From Blastocystis sp. subtype 4 (lineage: Eukaryota): a DNA stretch of 43,300 bases. The notes beneath the pieces were generated by a model that saw nothing but the letters and a program-made list of their open reading frames with translations, ran no database searches and was not told the DNA's origin. Where the stretch lies: assembly GCF_000743755.1 (NCBI RefSeq), contig NW_014569488.1, positions 1 to 43,300 of the forward strand, in the 5' to 3' direction. Made by a program: the position numbers and the translations under genes. Shown piece by piece: positions 12,630 through 26,462 of this stretch (the stretch's first letter is position 1; each line of letters opens with the position of its first letter).

Positions 12630-12713
12630 TATGTTTTCCACTTTTGTTGATGTTTGTTGAGATACAAAAATTGGACCGATTTCTGGCTTACGATCAACGT
12701 TCAACTTTCAATA

Positions 12714-15700
12714 ATGGTTGCAGTAACTGCATCTTCACTGTATCTTGCCTTTCAAGAGATTGTTGTGCCATGGCTCGTGGCACATCAAGTTTTCGACGTT
12801 TCTTTCAATCAGTACGGGATTTGATCAACTATAATTCTAAAGGGTATTACGTGGTGTCTTTTTCATTATTGTTATCGTGTTGATAGTAGGACTGTATCGT
12901 GAGAGCCAGAAGTTGAAGTTCGAAAAGTCGTAAGTAGATCTGGATTTGGTTGAATGATAGAAAAGATGCTTCATTGCTGAACAATGCCACTTTGAGAATT
13001 GTGGACTTTATCATTACCATTTTGTATCCACCAAAGTTCTGGCGGTTTTTAGTTCTACTTTATGAGAAACGGGAGCTAACGAAGAAGGTTCGATCTGTTG
13101 ATGTGGCTGATATGTAGATTCGTAATGAAGAGACTGAGAGGATTCACTTGATGCACTGTAATCCTTACAAGGCTTTTAATGTGTCCACCCTAATTCCTAA
13201 TGATCGTGGCAAACTATATTCGACTCCAAATTTACAGACGACGCACAAAAGCAAACTTATTAAAATGCTGTCAGAGTTGGGTGTTGGGTACATGAACTGA
13301 AAGGACTTGAGAGATAGGAAAAAGCATTGTGAGATGATTTGTGATCGTCAGCTTCACTGTACTCGATTTACTGTTCCAGCGAATACAGATCTTTACAAAT
13401 TCAACAATGCTGATTCATATCCCTGCATGTATAAACAATTGGAATTCCTTATTTCTAGGTATTATTTGGTATCAGGTGAAGTGCGAATGATTACTTCAAC
13501 GGGTATTGTATTGCGAGAATTTCATTCCAATGAGGAGAGCAATCTGAATCATCTTCTTCAACCAGCATGTGCTCTCTTAGGACGTGTTCTTCATGAGAAG
13601 GTGAGATTGGAGTGTGTTAAGGATTGTGAAGTGATTCAATACCTCTTCCGCGTATCATTAGATTGAGTAGTTTGATGAGCAGAGAACGGGTACAGACGAT
13701 ATACCCGAAGGGTTTATTGATTATTTGCGCTCTTTGTGTGTGACATTGTATCGAACCATGCAGTCTCCTTTCCATCCGTTCATGCATTCAAAGACATCAA
13801 TAACTGAGATGAGCGGTGTCTTGGAGGAGGTATCATTGGATGGAGATACACGATTGTTGACTCATACTCGAATTACGGAGATATTGAAACAAATCGATGT
13901 TGTAGATGGTATTGGATGATGGTTACGTATGAAGATTAGAAGAGAAACTGAATACGATGATGGAACCCATTCTCCTCCAACAACTTGATTTCAACGGAAA
14001 AGAAGTTGGCAAATGGGGTTAGAATGAGAAATAGGACGAAAAAGAAATGGATTGGAAGATTCATGTGTTGAAGAAGGATGAACAGTTCAAATTCCGCCGT
14101 GATGAACTGTACAGTCGTTCCTTGATTATTAATCATAGTATATTCCTTGGTCGCGGTGAAGCGGAATTGCGAGGAGATGATGATAATGTGTTTGTAATTG
14201 TGTGTAAATGTATTGAATGATAGAAACAAGAAATGACCTTAATGAATGTCATTCCTTATCTGATGGGAATTGATCAAAATGAAATCACTGTATTTGGTTC
14301 AAAATAATTATAACAGTTAGAGTAATAAAGATGATACCATAATTCTTGAATTACAAGTCAGTCACAACACTCATACGAAGAATCTTGTTCTTGATAACAT
14401 TCTGTTAGATGCGTTGGCTTATCAGTTCTTCTCGATCTATGGGGTTTATTATTATGGGTTGAGATATGAATGGGTTGAAGATGGCAATCAAGTGTATGAG
14501 GAGAGAGTGATGCCTTCAAATGTGTAGGTGTTTCTGTTGTGACTGAGAGATAGAACGTATTTATTGAATGGTCGTTTACGTTCTGTGGATCGTTATCCTG
14601 AGAATGACTCCATGTTTAAATACAGAGAGAATAAGAACATGAAACCTGATTGGCGGAACCAAATGTGGACAGATCAGAATGAATCAAAACCAGAGCGAGA
14701 TCCTGTTGTTCTGGTGCTAATGTTATGTTTGTGTTATGAATTAGGATCATCATCGTGGTAGTACGTTTGGTTTTACGAATCTGATTAACAATATGCCGAT
14801 GGAATTCTCGTTATACGCTGTACGACGATCTTCGCTTCTTAAGTTTTCAAAGCCCTTCCTTCTAGAATTGATTCGAAATGATCCATTGGTTGTGAGATAT
14901 TTAACAGAGTCGACGACTCAAGGGAATGTGAGATTGATGTTATGAGAATGATACATAGAAAGAGAATAATTTGAAGTATTCAAGGATAAGTGTTATTCCA
15001 TTGAATCCAGTGAATGACTATGATTATTTCATCACTTGTTTACATCGAGCATTACATTGTATCCAACCTACCAATTTAGTACAAGTTCAACATCAGTTAG
15101 CTGATGTAAGTGAGAGTGATTGTGATGAGAGTGTGATTGATTGTGAATGGTTACAATGGAGAGTGTGATTGATGGTGATGAAGGTGTGATTGATCATGAC
15201 TGATTGAATGCATCATGACTGATCATGACTAATTAACTCATGATCTCCTATTTATCAATTCTAACCCTATAGAATGATTACTATGTAAATGAATTCTCTG
15301 ATGCTTATGAAATTACTCTCTTTGCAGGTACAAATCCAGATTCTCCTCTTAAACAAATGGATTCATGGAATTCCACAATTATTCCAGAATCTGATCTTAT
15401 TCTTTTTATAGCAGCAATAAATAATGATGAGGAGACTATTCGTACTGAGCTTCAAAAGAGTATTGAATTATACAGTCATATCACAAGGAACATATTGCGT
15501 GAAGTAGTGTTTATCTATCACAATAATCAATTTAATCCTAATCATACAAATGATCTGAAACAAAACGAATGGCAGAAAAAACTCAATTCATTTGATAAGG
15601 ATCACGATGGGATTGATTTTGCTTTGAGTGATTCATCTCGTTATTTCTACCCTAATGAATTACCTTTGTATCGAATTCGACTTCAGTTAATGCGTCTTGA

Positions 15701-16829
15701 TCCTTCCCATTTTCATCATATCCTGATCAATCCTACTCCCATATCTCAGTCTGTTGATCTTCTTCATTCTTCTTCTGATATCCGTCGATTGGCTCGATGG
15801 CTTACACATACTAGTGTGGGAATGGTATTCTCTGGTGGTGCTGCTCGTGGCTGGGGACATGTTGGAGTCGTACGTGCTATGCAAGAGTTAGGATTACCAA
15901 TTGATATGTGTGGAGGTACTAGTGCTGGTTCACTTGTTGGAGCTGCTGTTGCCATGTTCCGCGGGGATTACGCGTTAGTAAAGGAAGTTACTCGTCGAAC
16001 TGCTCGTCTCAGTAGTACTCCTGCCTTCTATCTAATTGATATGACTCTTCCTCTTCTCTCTCTCGTAGAATTTAACAATCTCACTTAGAATTAGACCTCA
16101 GGCACATTTATGAATGAAGTGACAATGGATGCGTATGCCAACAAACTGGTGGAAAATACCTTCCTTCCCTTCTTCACTGTATCTACGGATATTACTGACA
16201 TTTCAGTTTGATTCCTTAATGAATTTAATATCTAGGAATTCATCTTGAAGACTGGTTGTCTGTGGCGTTATGTTCGAGCAAGTATGTCTGTCATTGGGCT
16301 TATTCCTCCCATTACTGATAGAGGAGTTTCAGACCACTTGTTAGTAGATGGTGGATATGTGAACAATGTACCTACAAAGGCAATGAAACAGTTGTTTAAC
16401 CCGGGAGTTTTGATAACATCGTCTGTACAGAAGCTGGATGCTCCTTTAACACAGAAGTTGGGTGATTCTGTGAGTGGATTCAGTCTCTTATTGAAGCTGC
16501 TAAATCCATTCAAGGGATCTGAAGAGGTAGTGACACAGAACACGGCTAACATGCGTGTGATGTGTGCTAGCAGGTATGTTTGGAGAGTAGATATGAGACC
16601 TAGTATTATGCGTGCTGAATCTACGGTATTTGAAGACAGTGATTTGGTGATTCGTCCGAGTATTAACGATGTGGGCTCTGCTGCTTTTGGCAAGTATGAT
16701 GACACAGAGCAACTGGGATATGATGAAGGAATCGTCCGAATTCGTGATTGGATTCAGGGAATTGAACAAGACAGTCCGCTCTATCGGGCTCTCTTTGTTA
16801 CTCCTGATATGTCGGATATAACAGAATAA
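12714..16829 (+). CDS. Neuropathy-target-esterase-like (NTE1/PNPLA6-7) patatin lysophospholipase (multi-exon)
   Basis: N-terminal TM segment and cNMP-binding-like segments (YYLVSGEVRM). Patatin motifs GGAARGWGHVGV, GTSAG, LWRYVRASMS and LVDGGYVNNVP. TAA followed by TGTTTGTT at 16835-16842. Confidence 0.88.
15106..15272 (+). repeat. Unusually long (167 nt) intron made of degenerate GTGATTGAT / TCATGACT units
   Basis: GTAAGT...CTAAC...TAG boundaries; the flanking exons stay in frame. Confidence 0.65.
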
Positions 16830-16870
16830 GTAGTTGTTTGTTCACAATAACAGTAATTGTTGTTAAAGAC

Positions 16871-17385
16871 ATGGCAACTGTTGAAGAGATTCAGAAAGAA
16901 GCTGCAGAACTGAATGAAAAGTTCCAAAAGAGTCAAGAAGGTAGAGAAAAGGTATTCGTCTGAGAGATAGCTATGACTACTTTGGAGTCTAGTATTCAAC
17001 AACTCAATGTCACAATTAGCGAAAATACAACTGTAAAAAAAGTAGGAGTGTTCGTTGCCTCTTTCAGGAAATAGGAACTGGAGAGTATGAAAGAGGGACA
17101 GAAAGTGTATAAGTTGGTTGGTCCAGTACTAATTCGTGTTGATATATCGGAAGCAATGAGTAATGTCGATAATCGTCTGAAACTACTTCAGAGGCAATCG
17201 TACGTTCATTATATTTGATTTACATACAGAGAGGAGATGGCTGAAAAGGCAAAGAAGGAGAATGAACATTACAAAGAAATTGAAGATGAAGTAGGTATAA
17301 ATCAATTCTTATGATCATGTAGTTTATCAAATTGCAACAGAAAGCTGCCATGCTGAAAGTGGAGAATATGCCTAAACAATCGTAG
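16871..17385 (+). CDS. PFDN6: Prefoldin subunit 6 (5 exons)
   Basis: Spliced ORF contains [42 protein letters not shown]. Confidence 0.88.
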
Positions 17386-17468
17386 TTCTTATTTTGATTT
17401 TGTTGACACATCTCCTACTAAATCTACTAAGTGGTATCCACATTCTATTATCGTTTCTCTTTCTTATT

Positions 17469-18081
17469 ATGCCCATTTTAAAAGGTGTTTCCAGCTGTAT
17501 TAGTCCTGAGCTTCTCAAAGTTCTTGCGGAGATGGGTCACTCCGATCAGATAGGTTCGGATTTTTGTCTCGGTTTATATCTAGTAATTGCCGATGCTAAC
17601 TTTCCTGCTGCTTCAATAGCTAGTCATTGCCCTGGGGGTTTGATCCGTTTGGATGGTATAGTTTCTTCGGGATCTTTATAGGTAGGCCATGATATTCCAA
17701 GAATTCTGCGTGGAATATGCAAACTCTTGCCTCTTGACCAATATGTGGATTGTCCTGTTAAATTGAATTGGACGCATTATTAGTAGGCTCAGGTGATGGC
17801 AAAGATGGAATGTGATAAAGATATGGAGATTCCAATAATTGATGAGTATGTGAAGATTATGTCAGAGGCTGAAAATCGTGAAGTAGAGGATTGGAGAGTC
17901 GTTTGAAGAGTAGATCAATGTCGAGTATGTTGAACGCTTTGAGTTCTATGAAAGAGCCAAGAAGTGTTATGCTGTGATTGCCACTGGGTACAGTAAGTAG
18001 TTTCAAGTGACTTCTAGTGAAACCTCTCAGTATGCTAATATCATTCTCCAGAAGGGAGTGATCACTAATCCGGAGTACTAA
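17469..18081 (+). CDS. FUOM: L-fucose mutarotase (FucU/RbsD family; 6 exons)
   Basis: [37 protein letters not shown]...[42 protein letters not shown] at 18089-18096. Confidence 0.92.
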
Positions 18082-18423
18082 TGGCGATTGTTTGTTTACT
18101 CAAAAGAGTGTCATGCTATTTTCGGATTCGGTTTCAATAATTGCGGTTATATACGAATTCTAGCGGAAATGATGGAGTGATAGGAGCATTTCTGTGGCAA
18201 CAGAATCTAGCGGTCCTCTAGGTTATTGAAAGATTTTCGTGTATTTTCGGAGTCTTTGAAAGATCAATAGGGCTGCTTCTGACTTCTTTTGGATTTGTAT
18301 CCTTAATCCGTATTGTATTCGATTGATTTGTATGTTAAACAGTTAGTATTCGTTGTCTGTCTTTGTTCGTACATTTTCATTGATCGGATTATTCTCTTGC
18401 AGTAGTTGCCTTTTCCTTATCGT

Positions 18424-21400
18424 ATGAAACAAGGGGATATTCAGGAATTTGTTTGTGAGTATCCATTTGTGATATTTGTGACTTATAGTATTTGTCAACA
18501 GCCGGAGACTCATTCTGATGTGTTGGTTCGTTGCTACTCTTGTGGGATCACTGTCCATCGTTTTTGCTATGGAATCTGTGATGCGAAAAGTCCTTGGCTT
18601 TGTTACGCTTGCACAGCAAATCAGAAATATCCAGTATGTGCACTATGTAAGCGAGTAGTTACTTGTGAGGTTTTGTCATTCCAAGAGAACTTCGGATCCG
18701 TGTATCTCGAACGGTGTTGGAAAGTGGTTACATGTTCTCTGTGCCGAGTTATTGCCAAATGTCCGTTTTGTGAAGAGTAATCAGATTCTGACGTTATTGC
18801 TTATGTCTCTCCGGAATGATGGTATTCGCATGCCTCCTTCTGTTGATATTCAAAACGCACTTATTACTCGTGCTGAACTTTTTACTATCGTTCCTTCGAT
18901 GTTAGCTGAAGTGGTAACTCCACTTCCTCTGATTCCAAATCAACAGTGTTCCTTATGTAATAACCCAATCTTAGGAGAATCTATTCGTTGCTGGTACTGA
19001 TTGAGAATCATGTTAGTTTTTAGTCATCCTCAGTGCAGTTTCGTTGTTCATCCTATCTGCATTCGACATGCTAAGAGTGTCTGTTGTAGTTATGTCGTTG
19101 AACGCTTAGTGAGTTTATTCTGTTTTACTCATTTTCAGAGTCCTTGTCGTAAACCTCAGATTGTATGTCTTCAACATACGTCTTCCTTCCTTTCTGATCG
19201 AACAACCATCTATTCGGCCTTCCCTCATGTCTATGAAATCTGTCTTGATGCTTGCAATCTCTTTCTTCCATCCCTTCTCAGTGTCTATTCACCAGAGGTT
19301 CGGTCGACTCGACTCTCTTCATCTTCCGACACTTCGTTGGATCCTCCACGTCTCAACAACCGTCCATATGATATTCGCTCTATTGAGACTCCTAGACGTT
19401 CCCATAAGCGGTTTCGGCGAGTGGGACGTCCACCTCGTCGTGCACGAATAGATAACACAGAGAAGGAGGTAAAAAAGACTGAAACTCGCAGTAGTCATCT
19501 GAATATTCGAAGTATTATTCAAGAGATTGAAGATGCATACTTCTCGTCCAGAGAATCTGCATTCTGGCATTTCTACAAAAATGTGAATTGTCAACCATTG
19601 TTCATGGATGTGCCATCGTATGCAACCTCATCACGACATGGATATGGAGGGTCAAAAAGAGGGATAATTTGGGAATACCAAAATGATGATATAGCATCGT
19701 ATCCAAATACATTAGAACTCTCATCTTGGATTAGCCGTAATAATGTGCGTTTTGTAACGTAAGAGAGATGAGTAAGGTTAATGGAAAGAGTCCTGATACA
19801 AGGGTCTTTGTCTGCTGAAGTGACATATATTTTGCAAACGTAATTGTTTGGGGTAAGAATGACTTCCAGACACCAACCAGAAGGACAGGGGATGGATCAT
19901 ATTCTTTTTTGGGAGGAGGAGATCTGTCGTCAGAGCAATAGTAGGTTTAGCAGAGAGATGAATGATAGTAGAATGTACTCGAGGTCGTATTGAATTCTCT
20001 CAACAGTCACATGGTCGTTTTCACACACAACCATTTGTAGATCCAGCCATGTTTCCTCTCTTTGTGGGTATACACACAATTCGAGTCACACCTACTAATC
20101 ATGCTATTGCAGGCGGTGCTAATGATCCTATGTGTTTTGAAATACGCAATTTACAAGTAAGAATCAAGTTTATTATTGACATGACAGAAATTGTATGGTA
20201 TTTTACATGCCAAGAATTGGGAGAAAGTAGGTTTATTAACGAAGTTAGCTGAATCAGACGAAGGAACAGCAATTGTAAGAGAATTGAATGAGATGGAGAA
20301 TAGGTGATGATTAGTGAGCATATTCAAGCTCACTATGAGCGATATGAGTTATATCGGAAGACGCTTCTTCGATTCATTCATGGATACAACAGAGTTGTCT
20401 CAAATCATAAGATTCGTCGTTGTGCTGCTTGCTTTGATATATTAACAGATGAGGACACATTAACTTGTGTTCAATGCAATATTCAAATTCATTGTCAATG
20501 TGCGGGAGTTTCATTTTCAACGGAACCGTTTCTATGTGATCGTTGTTCCTTCTTATCAACGTGTATGAATCTTCAGTACGCTTACAACTAGGTCCTTCAG
20601 GTTCTGTTTCATGTTGCATTTGCTCAGGGCGAGATGGGTTCTTTAGACTGATCTCGGTAGGATCCGATGGTCAGCCTCTGTTCTCTCATCTTGGCTGTAG
20701 CTTCCTCACACCAGGAGGCAGCATTGTTGACTTCGTTACAATGGCTGTAGCTGCTCCTGCTTTAGAATGTCATTATTCGGGACTATTTATGGTAAATCCA
20801 GGGACTGAATATGTAATGAATTATGAGAAGAATAAGCGATAGGAAGAAGGCCCATTACAATCATATGTCAAATCATCCGTGGTCCGAACCTTTTTCCGTA
20901 CCGATTCTGTTAGTGAAGTGATCACATCTGATGAAACTCCCTCGAATGTAACTCAGTCTCAATTCGAGTTACGTGCTTGCTTTCATAAGATTCCAGCTGC
21001 ATATTCATGTCGTACTCGTTCACCAACACAATTGTTATCGTGTTATCTTTCGTCTTCTCTCGAACTTCATTCTACCACGACGATTACCATCTCTGCCTCC
21101 ATTCCTGAACCTCTGGCATCCCAAGCTGCATCTTATGGTTTGTTACCAACTCCAATCATGCCTCCTGCTCATGTATCCACTCCTACATCGATCACAGGAG
21201 GGTTATGTATGTATTGTCGTGTATCGGAAGGACTCACACTCCGATGTTCCCATCGTGGATGTAATCGTTCTTATCATTTGATGTGTCATTTCTATGCGGG
21301 AGGACTGATTCATATCTGTTCATCCTCCCAGTATAATGGTGGTAGTGATCAACACACTCTTTCATACTGTATTCACCATTGTCAGCTCTATGGATACTCA

Positions 21401-24400
21401 GAATTCAAGCAATTAGAACAGTGTGTACAACGGAATCGACAACGCCAGAATACACTATTGACGGATTCATTTGCAGAAAAACTAATGAATTTAGGGAATG
21501 CAAAAAATACTCCTAATATTAGTCAATTACCCAACAAATACCATTTGATCTGTCATGTCTGTAATTATGGCTATTTCTGTCCTCCAATGGGAATAGATGC
21601 TGCTTTGAGAGAGAATTCTGACAAGACGCAAGTGATCATGCATTCTCCTACTGTCTCTTCAGATACTGTAGACTCTTCTGCTGCCTGTGATATAATTGAT
21701 TCTATCAATGAGGGTTTGACAGATATCCTTGTGAATCCAACGCAACCCGATGCAGTAGTACTGAAAGAAGGAGAACGAGGTTGTTTCTGGATGTGTTGTG
21801 TGTGTGGTTGTTCAATTCATGATGTCTGCTTTGATATGAATGATTATGAGCCATTATTGGAATGGCAGAATATCAAATGTAGAATGGGTGATAAGAGAGA
21901 CTCATGCATAGACTTTGTATGTCTTCGGTGTTTGCAAGGACAAGGAATGGAGGTCCATGGAAAGATTTCAACAAGTCGATCCATAGCATCTCGTTCAGTA
22001 TCTCTTTCTTCATCAATCCGTTCATATTCATCCTATCAGCAACCATCAGAACACTGCTTATTGTGTGGTGATTCAGATGGTTATTTGGTTCTCACAACTG
22101 ATGGACTTTGGATCCACAAACGATGTGGTCTCTTACTCCGAGGTGTCGTGTATCATCTTCAAGGGAGTGTTTTTGCTAAAGATTCGAACTATCGCATTGA
22201 GTCATACTTACGAACATTTGTTCAGTTCGTGTTACCGCCTAGTGAGTGTTTGGGCCTGTTAGGAGGTAATCGATATCGATGTCAAGTCTGTGAGAAGAGA
22301 ACAGGATCCTTCGTACGTTGTAGTGTTAGGGGATGTAGTCGTGTGAGTACTAGAATGCAATCATGAATAATAGGTCTTTCACTTAGGTTGTTTGAATCGA
22401 CAACATATGGTATACTATTGTACCAAGAATGGAGTAAGTGGGAGTTTTGTCGTTTAATCTAAAGCTTGTATTATTCTGTCCTAATCATATACCAACTGGT
22501 TTTCAACCTGATCCATTGACGGGCATTCTGTATCCGTCCTTCATCACAACTTCTCTTACCTCACTCCTTTCCTTATCTTTACGTCTCTCTCATGTCCAAT
22601 CTCTTCTCTCATCGCTACATGCAGGCTATGTTAATGAACTCCAAACAACTCACTCAGTTATTCAATCTCTCCGACAAGCTGTTATTCAAATGATGCGACG
22701 AAAACAGAGACCACCACGATGGGATACCACTCGGCATAGTTAGAATTTAAAGGGCTGCTCATATCTAGTTTTATCAGCTGACAAGTATTCTTTGGCTCCA
22801 TGGGTTACTACGGCTGATGGTATTTCTGTCATTCAAGAAATCATGACGATTACGTTCACTGCTCTTGTACCAGCATCCAAACAGATCTCGCCAGCAAAGC
22901 CTAATAGACCTACGATATTGTCCCAGTCGCAGCCAGTACCAGAATTAGAAGAGTCTGTGCCTGAACAGACATCAGTCTCAACACCAGAACGAGTGCCAGT
23001 CGTAGAGCCAGAGCAAGTACCTAGCCTGCCCTCATCGCCTGCACCATCACCGCAGACCCCACCGTCACCACCAGCACCTGTCTCCTCCAAGAAGAAAGAC
23101 TTGGATTCAGAGGTGGAGACAGAGGATGAATCCATGGATGAAGAGGAGTGGAAAGAAACAGAGGAACGAAATGTGGAGGAGACTCCAGGTCGCAGTCACA
23201 GGACGGTGACCTCGAGAATGATCCAACGGATGAAGGTTGGTCCTGACGATATGCTGATTCGTACCCGCGGGAATTCTCATCCAGTATTTATTAATGTAAC
23301 GAGACTCCAGCAACTGATTCGAGAGGAAGGAGGTATGTTAGAGAATGATCCGTTTATTGCCTACCTGGGATCCATTCCTACTTCACTCTTTGTCACAGGA
23401 AATGATTACGAACGTGCTCTTGCAGCCTCTCAACGTATTGTAGGGACCAAAATACCCTCAAATTCTGGAAATGTGGAAGGAATGTCAGAAGAGTCAAAGG
23501 AAGTAGTACTTGAGAAGTGGGAGATGCTTGGGTCTGATCGTCTGCAAGTCAAGACATTCACGGAGTGGTTTGAACTTTTGGGTCCCGTGGGTCGCCATAT
23601 GCTACCATCGAAACCTGCCGATATTCCTCATGAGGAAATCCCTAGGATTTCTGACAGTCAGGCTATCCAAGAAATGAAGCTTGACAGTCTATCACTTCGC
23701 AGATCTACAGTTTACAGGCTTCAGAATCCCATCGAATCACTTTTCTCTCGTCTTATTCTAAATCGTATATTCCCGCGGGAATTGTCATGTATAGGTCCTC
23801 GTACAATGCTGAGTACACGTATTCAGAAGTCCTTGCGATCGTCTCAGGCTTTCCGCCAACCTCGATTGAACCTGCTCTATCGAGGTGATGAAGAGCGCAT
23901 CCCAGCGGTTCGGGCATTCACTGCGGCCTGCTTATTGAAACAGGCTGTGGATGTGAGGGAGAAGGTGTGGATGGATGAATGCCTCTCCCAACAGGCTGAT
24001 TCTGCTGATGCATGGCTAACGCTATTGAAACAACACACCCAAAATAGTGAGTATTTCCGGAATAATCCAGTGATGTGTTGATTTGAGGAGTAATGAATAG
24101 GCGACAGAAGAGGAACTTCGAGCAATGTTGAAGTCGATTCCGACCACGATGAAGGAGTACCCACAGGGATCCGAGATTCTTCAGAAACGCGTGAATGAGT
24201 CTGTATTATCACATCGAGGGGAAGAAGTGACAAAATGTTTGATGTGTGATGGCAACTTATACTCCGATGCGATCCATACAGTTTGGATGTTGATTGTTGA
24301 TAAGAAGTAGTGCCCCTCTTCCTGCTTTATCTGTAACTGCTGTATCTATACAAACGGAGCCTATTTAATTGGAATTCTATTAAATCTATTTGCAGATGAA

Positions 24401-24918
24401 AAGTGGCGGGTGTGTGAGGTGTTGGCATTTGATCCGCTGAGTCACAAACATTTGCTAGTGTATGTGCTAGGATGAGTATATGAGATGTAGTGATATGGAT
24501 GACCAATTCTTCGTTGTGGATTTGATTAACAGTTACTGGGTCCTACGATCTCGTGACGACATCATGTTTGAAGTAAGGGAAAGGGAGTAGAATAAGAAAT
24601 AGATTACAAATCGAAAGTCACGAGTAATGGAAGACATGGAAGCGGATTGTCTTGTGAAATTTAACTTATCAGCTGATCGTACTAAGCAAAATAATAGGTG
24701 CAAAGTAGTCATTAGTTTGGAGCTTGATAATAGGTTTGTCAGAGGGATGACAAAGACCGAGCCTTTCTTCTCTGTAGTTCGTGCAACGAAGTCTATCATG
24801 TGTCGTGTTTGAATGGACATGCAGAACCCCTTCCAACTGTATCCATTGAGTGATAGTCTGAGTCTATAGGGAAAGTGGTTCTGTGAAGAGTGTCTAAATA
24901 ACTCATCACTCGCTTTAA
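18424..24918 (+). CDS. Large chromatin reader with three PHD-Zn knuckle-ePHD (PZP) modules and further C-terminal PHD fingers (multi-exon)
   Basis: PHDs: CDIC..CYSCGITVHRFCYG..WLCYAC, CAAC..CVQCNIQIHCQC..CDRC and CHVC..CCVCGCSIHDVC..CLRC. Each is followed by a CxxC..HxxC knuckle and a CxxC..C(S)xxxCxxxxHxxC..CxxH ePHD. The final PHD ends GKWFCEECLNTHHSL-TAA. Confidence 0.75.
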
Positions 24919-25203
24919 AGAATTGTTTTATATCTTAGAGTATTATTCTTATTACTGTTTATTCAAGATTTTCCGGAGTCGTGCGAATCTACACTTTTTT
25001 AAATTGAAAATATGTACTAGAGAAGTAGTTTTTAATTATATCAAGATTTAAAGGTGTCACAGTGTTCTAGAAACAGAATACAACCAATTTGACATCTATT
25101 CAAATCATTGGCTGAATTGACATTCGCGTCCCTAACTCCCCATGACATTTTTCCCTGGAATAAAACACCATAATAGGTTTAATAGGCTACTGATTAGTTG
25201 AAA

Positions 25204-25481
25204 ATGAGTATTAATGATTTGTTCCATATTCCTGTTGTCAAGGACGATACCCTTCGTCTTGTGTGTGTGATTCTGAACATCTTCATTCCTGGTAGGTGAT
25301 AGACGTTTGAATTCATAGAATAGGACTGGGAACTATAATTGGTGGTGCCGTTGATAAGTCCAACATTATGGTTATCATTTGTGGTGTTGTCCAGTTGGTT
25401 TGTGCTTCTTTCTTCCTCGGATTCCTGTGGTCCTGGGTCTGGGCCTACTTCATTTACTGCAGGACTCAGGTCTGTAAGTAG
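25204..25481 (+). CDS. Small SPEC3/Stum-like membrane protein (2 exons)
   Basis: LVCVILNIFIPGLGTIIGG...GVVQLVCASFFLGFLWSWVWAY. TGTTTGTT at 25497-25504. Not present in the supplied ORF track. Confidence 0.75.
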
Positions 25482-25542
25482 TTGAACTCAGAGTATTGTT
25501 TGTTGTATAATATTTAAATTTGGGCCAATTCTCATAGGAATC

Positions 25543-26462
25543 ATGGGAGAACCATCCTTGTTGGAAATGTTTCATCTGGAGAATATCCAAACGATGTACA
25601 AGCCAGTGGTAACCATTAGAATGTGCAAATCATCTGTAGAATGATCTCTCCTTCCTTCCGTTTTTAGGGAAGGAATACCGAGAAAATCGAGATATGCTAA
25701 CATTTCTAGTTGGTGATTCCAAGGGTATAGGTAAGCAACTTCGAAGTCTGTGAAGTGAAGGTATTTCTACAGTTTCAGATATGAAAATGCCAGTAATTGA
25801 TCACCAAACTTTAGGACCTGAACAGAAAGAGTATTTGAAGACAATTCGAGGAAATCCCTCTCACATCAAACGAATGACACCTTTTATTGTAAATAGTTTT
25901 CTATAGAAATGATATGTAGTCCCAATTTTCTCATGGGATTGGGTCAAGACGTGATCTGCAAATGAAGAGAGCTCGTTCAGGAACACAAAACCCATTTTCG
26001 TCTGATGTAGTGACTACTATTGCATTTTATTTAGTTTACAAAACGATTACAAGATATCTTGTATGCATTGATAAACAAGTCATGGGATGGATATTATGGA
26101 GATAACCCCTTTAAGCCTGTGAATATAAATTGATGGAATGATTGATAGCGATTAACAACCAGATATTTGAAAGAATGCAAGATGGAAGACTACTTTGAGA
26201 AGGTATCAGTTCCAATGAGTCTAACGGATATTGGTGTACAAGATCTACCTGGGAATAATCGATAGAACAAGATCAAAGATAATGCTTACGAATCGATTGA
26301 GGAAATGGACAAGGATGTAAAATTAATCATGGATAATGCACGTACGTATCATGGAGTTACTGCACCGATTGCTAAAATGGCAAGTGAATTGTACGATGTA
26401 TCTCTGTATCAGTAAGTGACATATAGAATTTTAAAGAAATCCGACAGCAATACTTTGAATAA
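25543..26462 (+). CDS. Bromodomain-containing protein (multi-exon; 5' exons approximate)
   Basis: YPFKP...DYFEKVSVPMSLTDI..KIKDNAYESIEEMDKDVKLIMDNARTYHG..PIAKMASELYD. Ends QQYFE-TAA. Confidence 0.8.
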
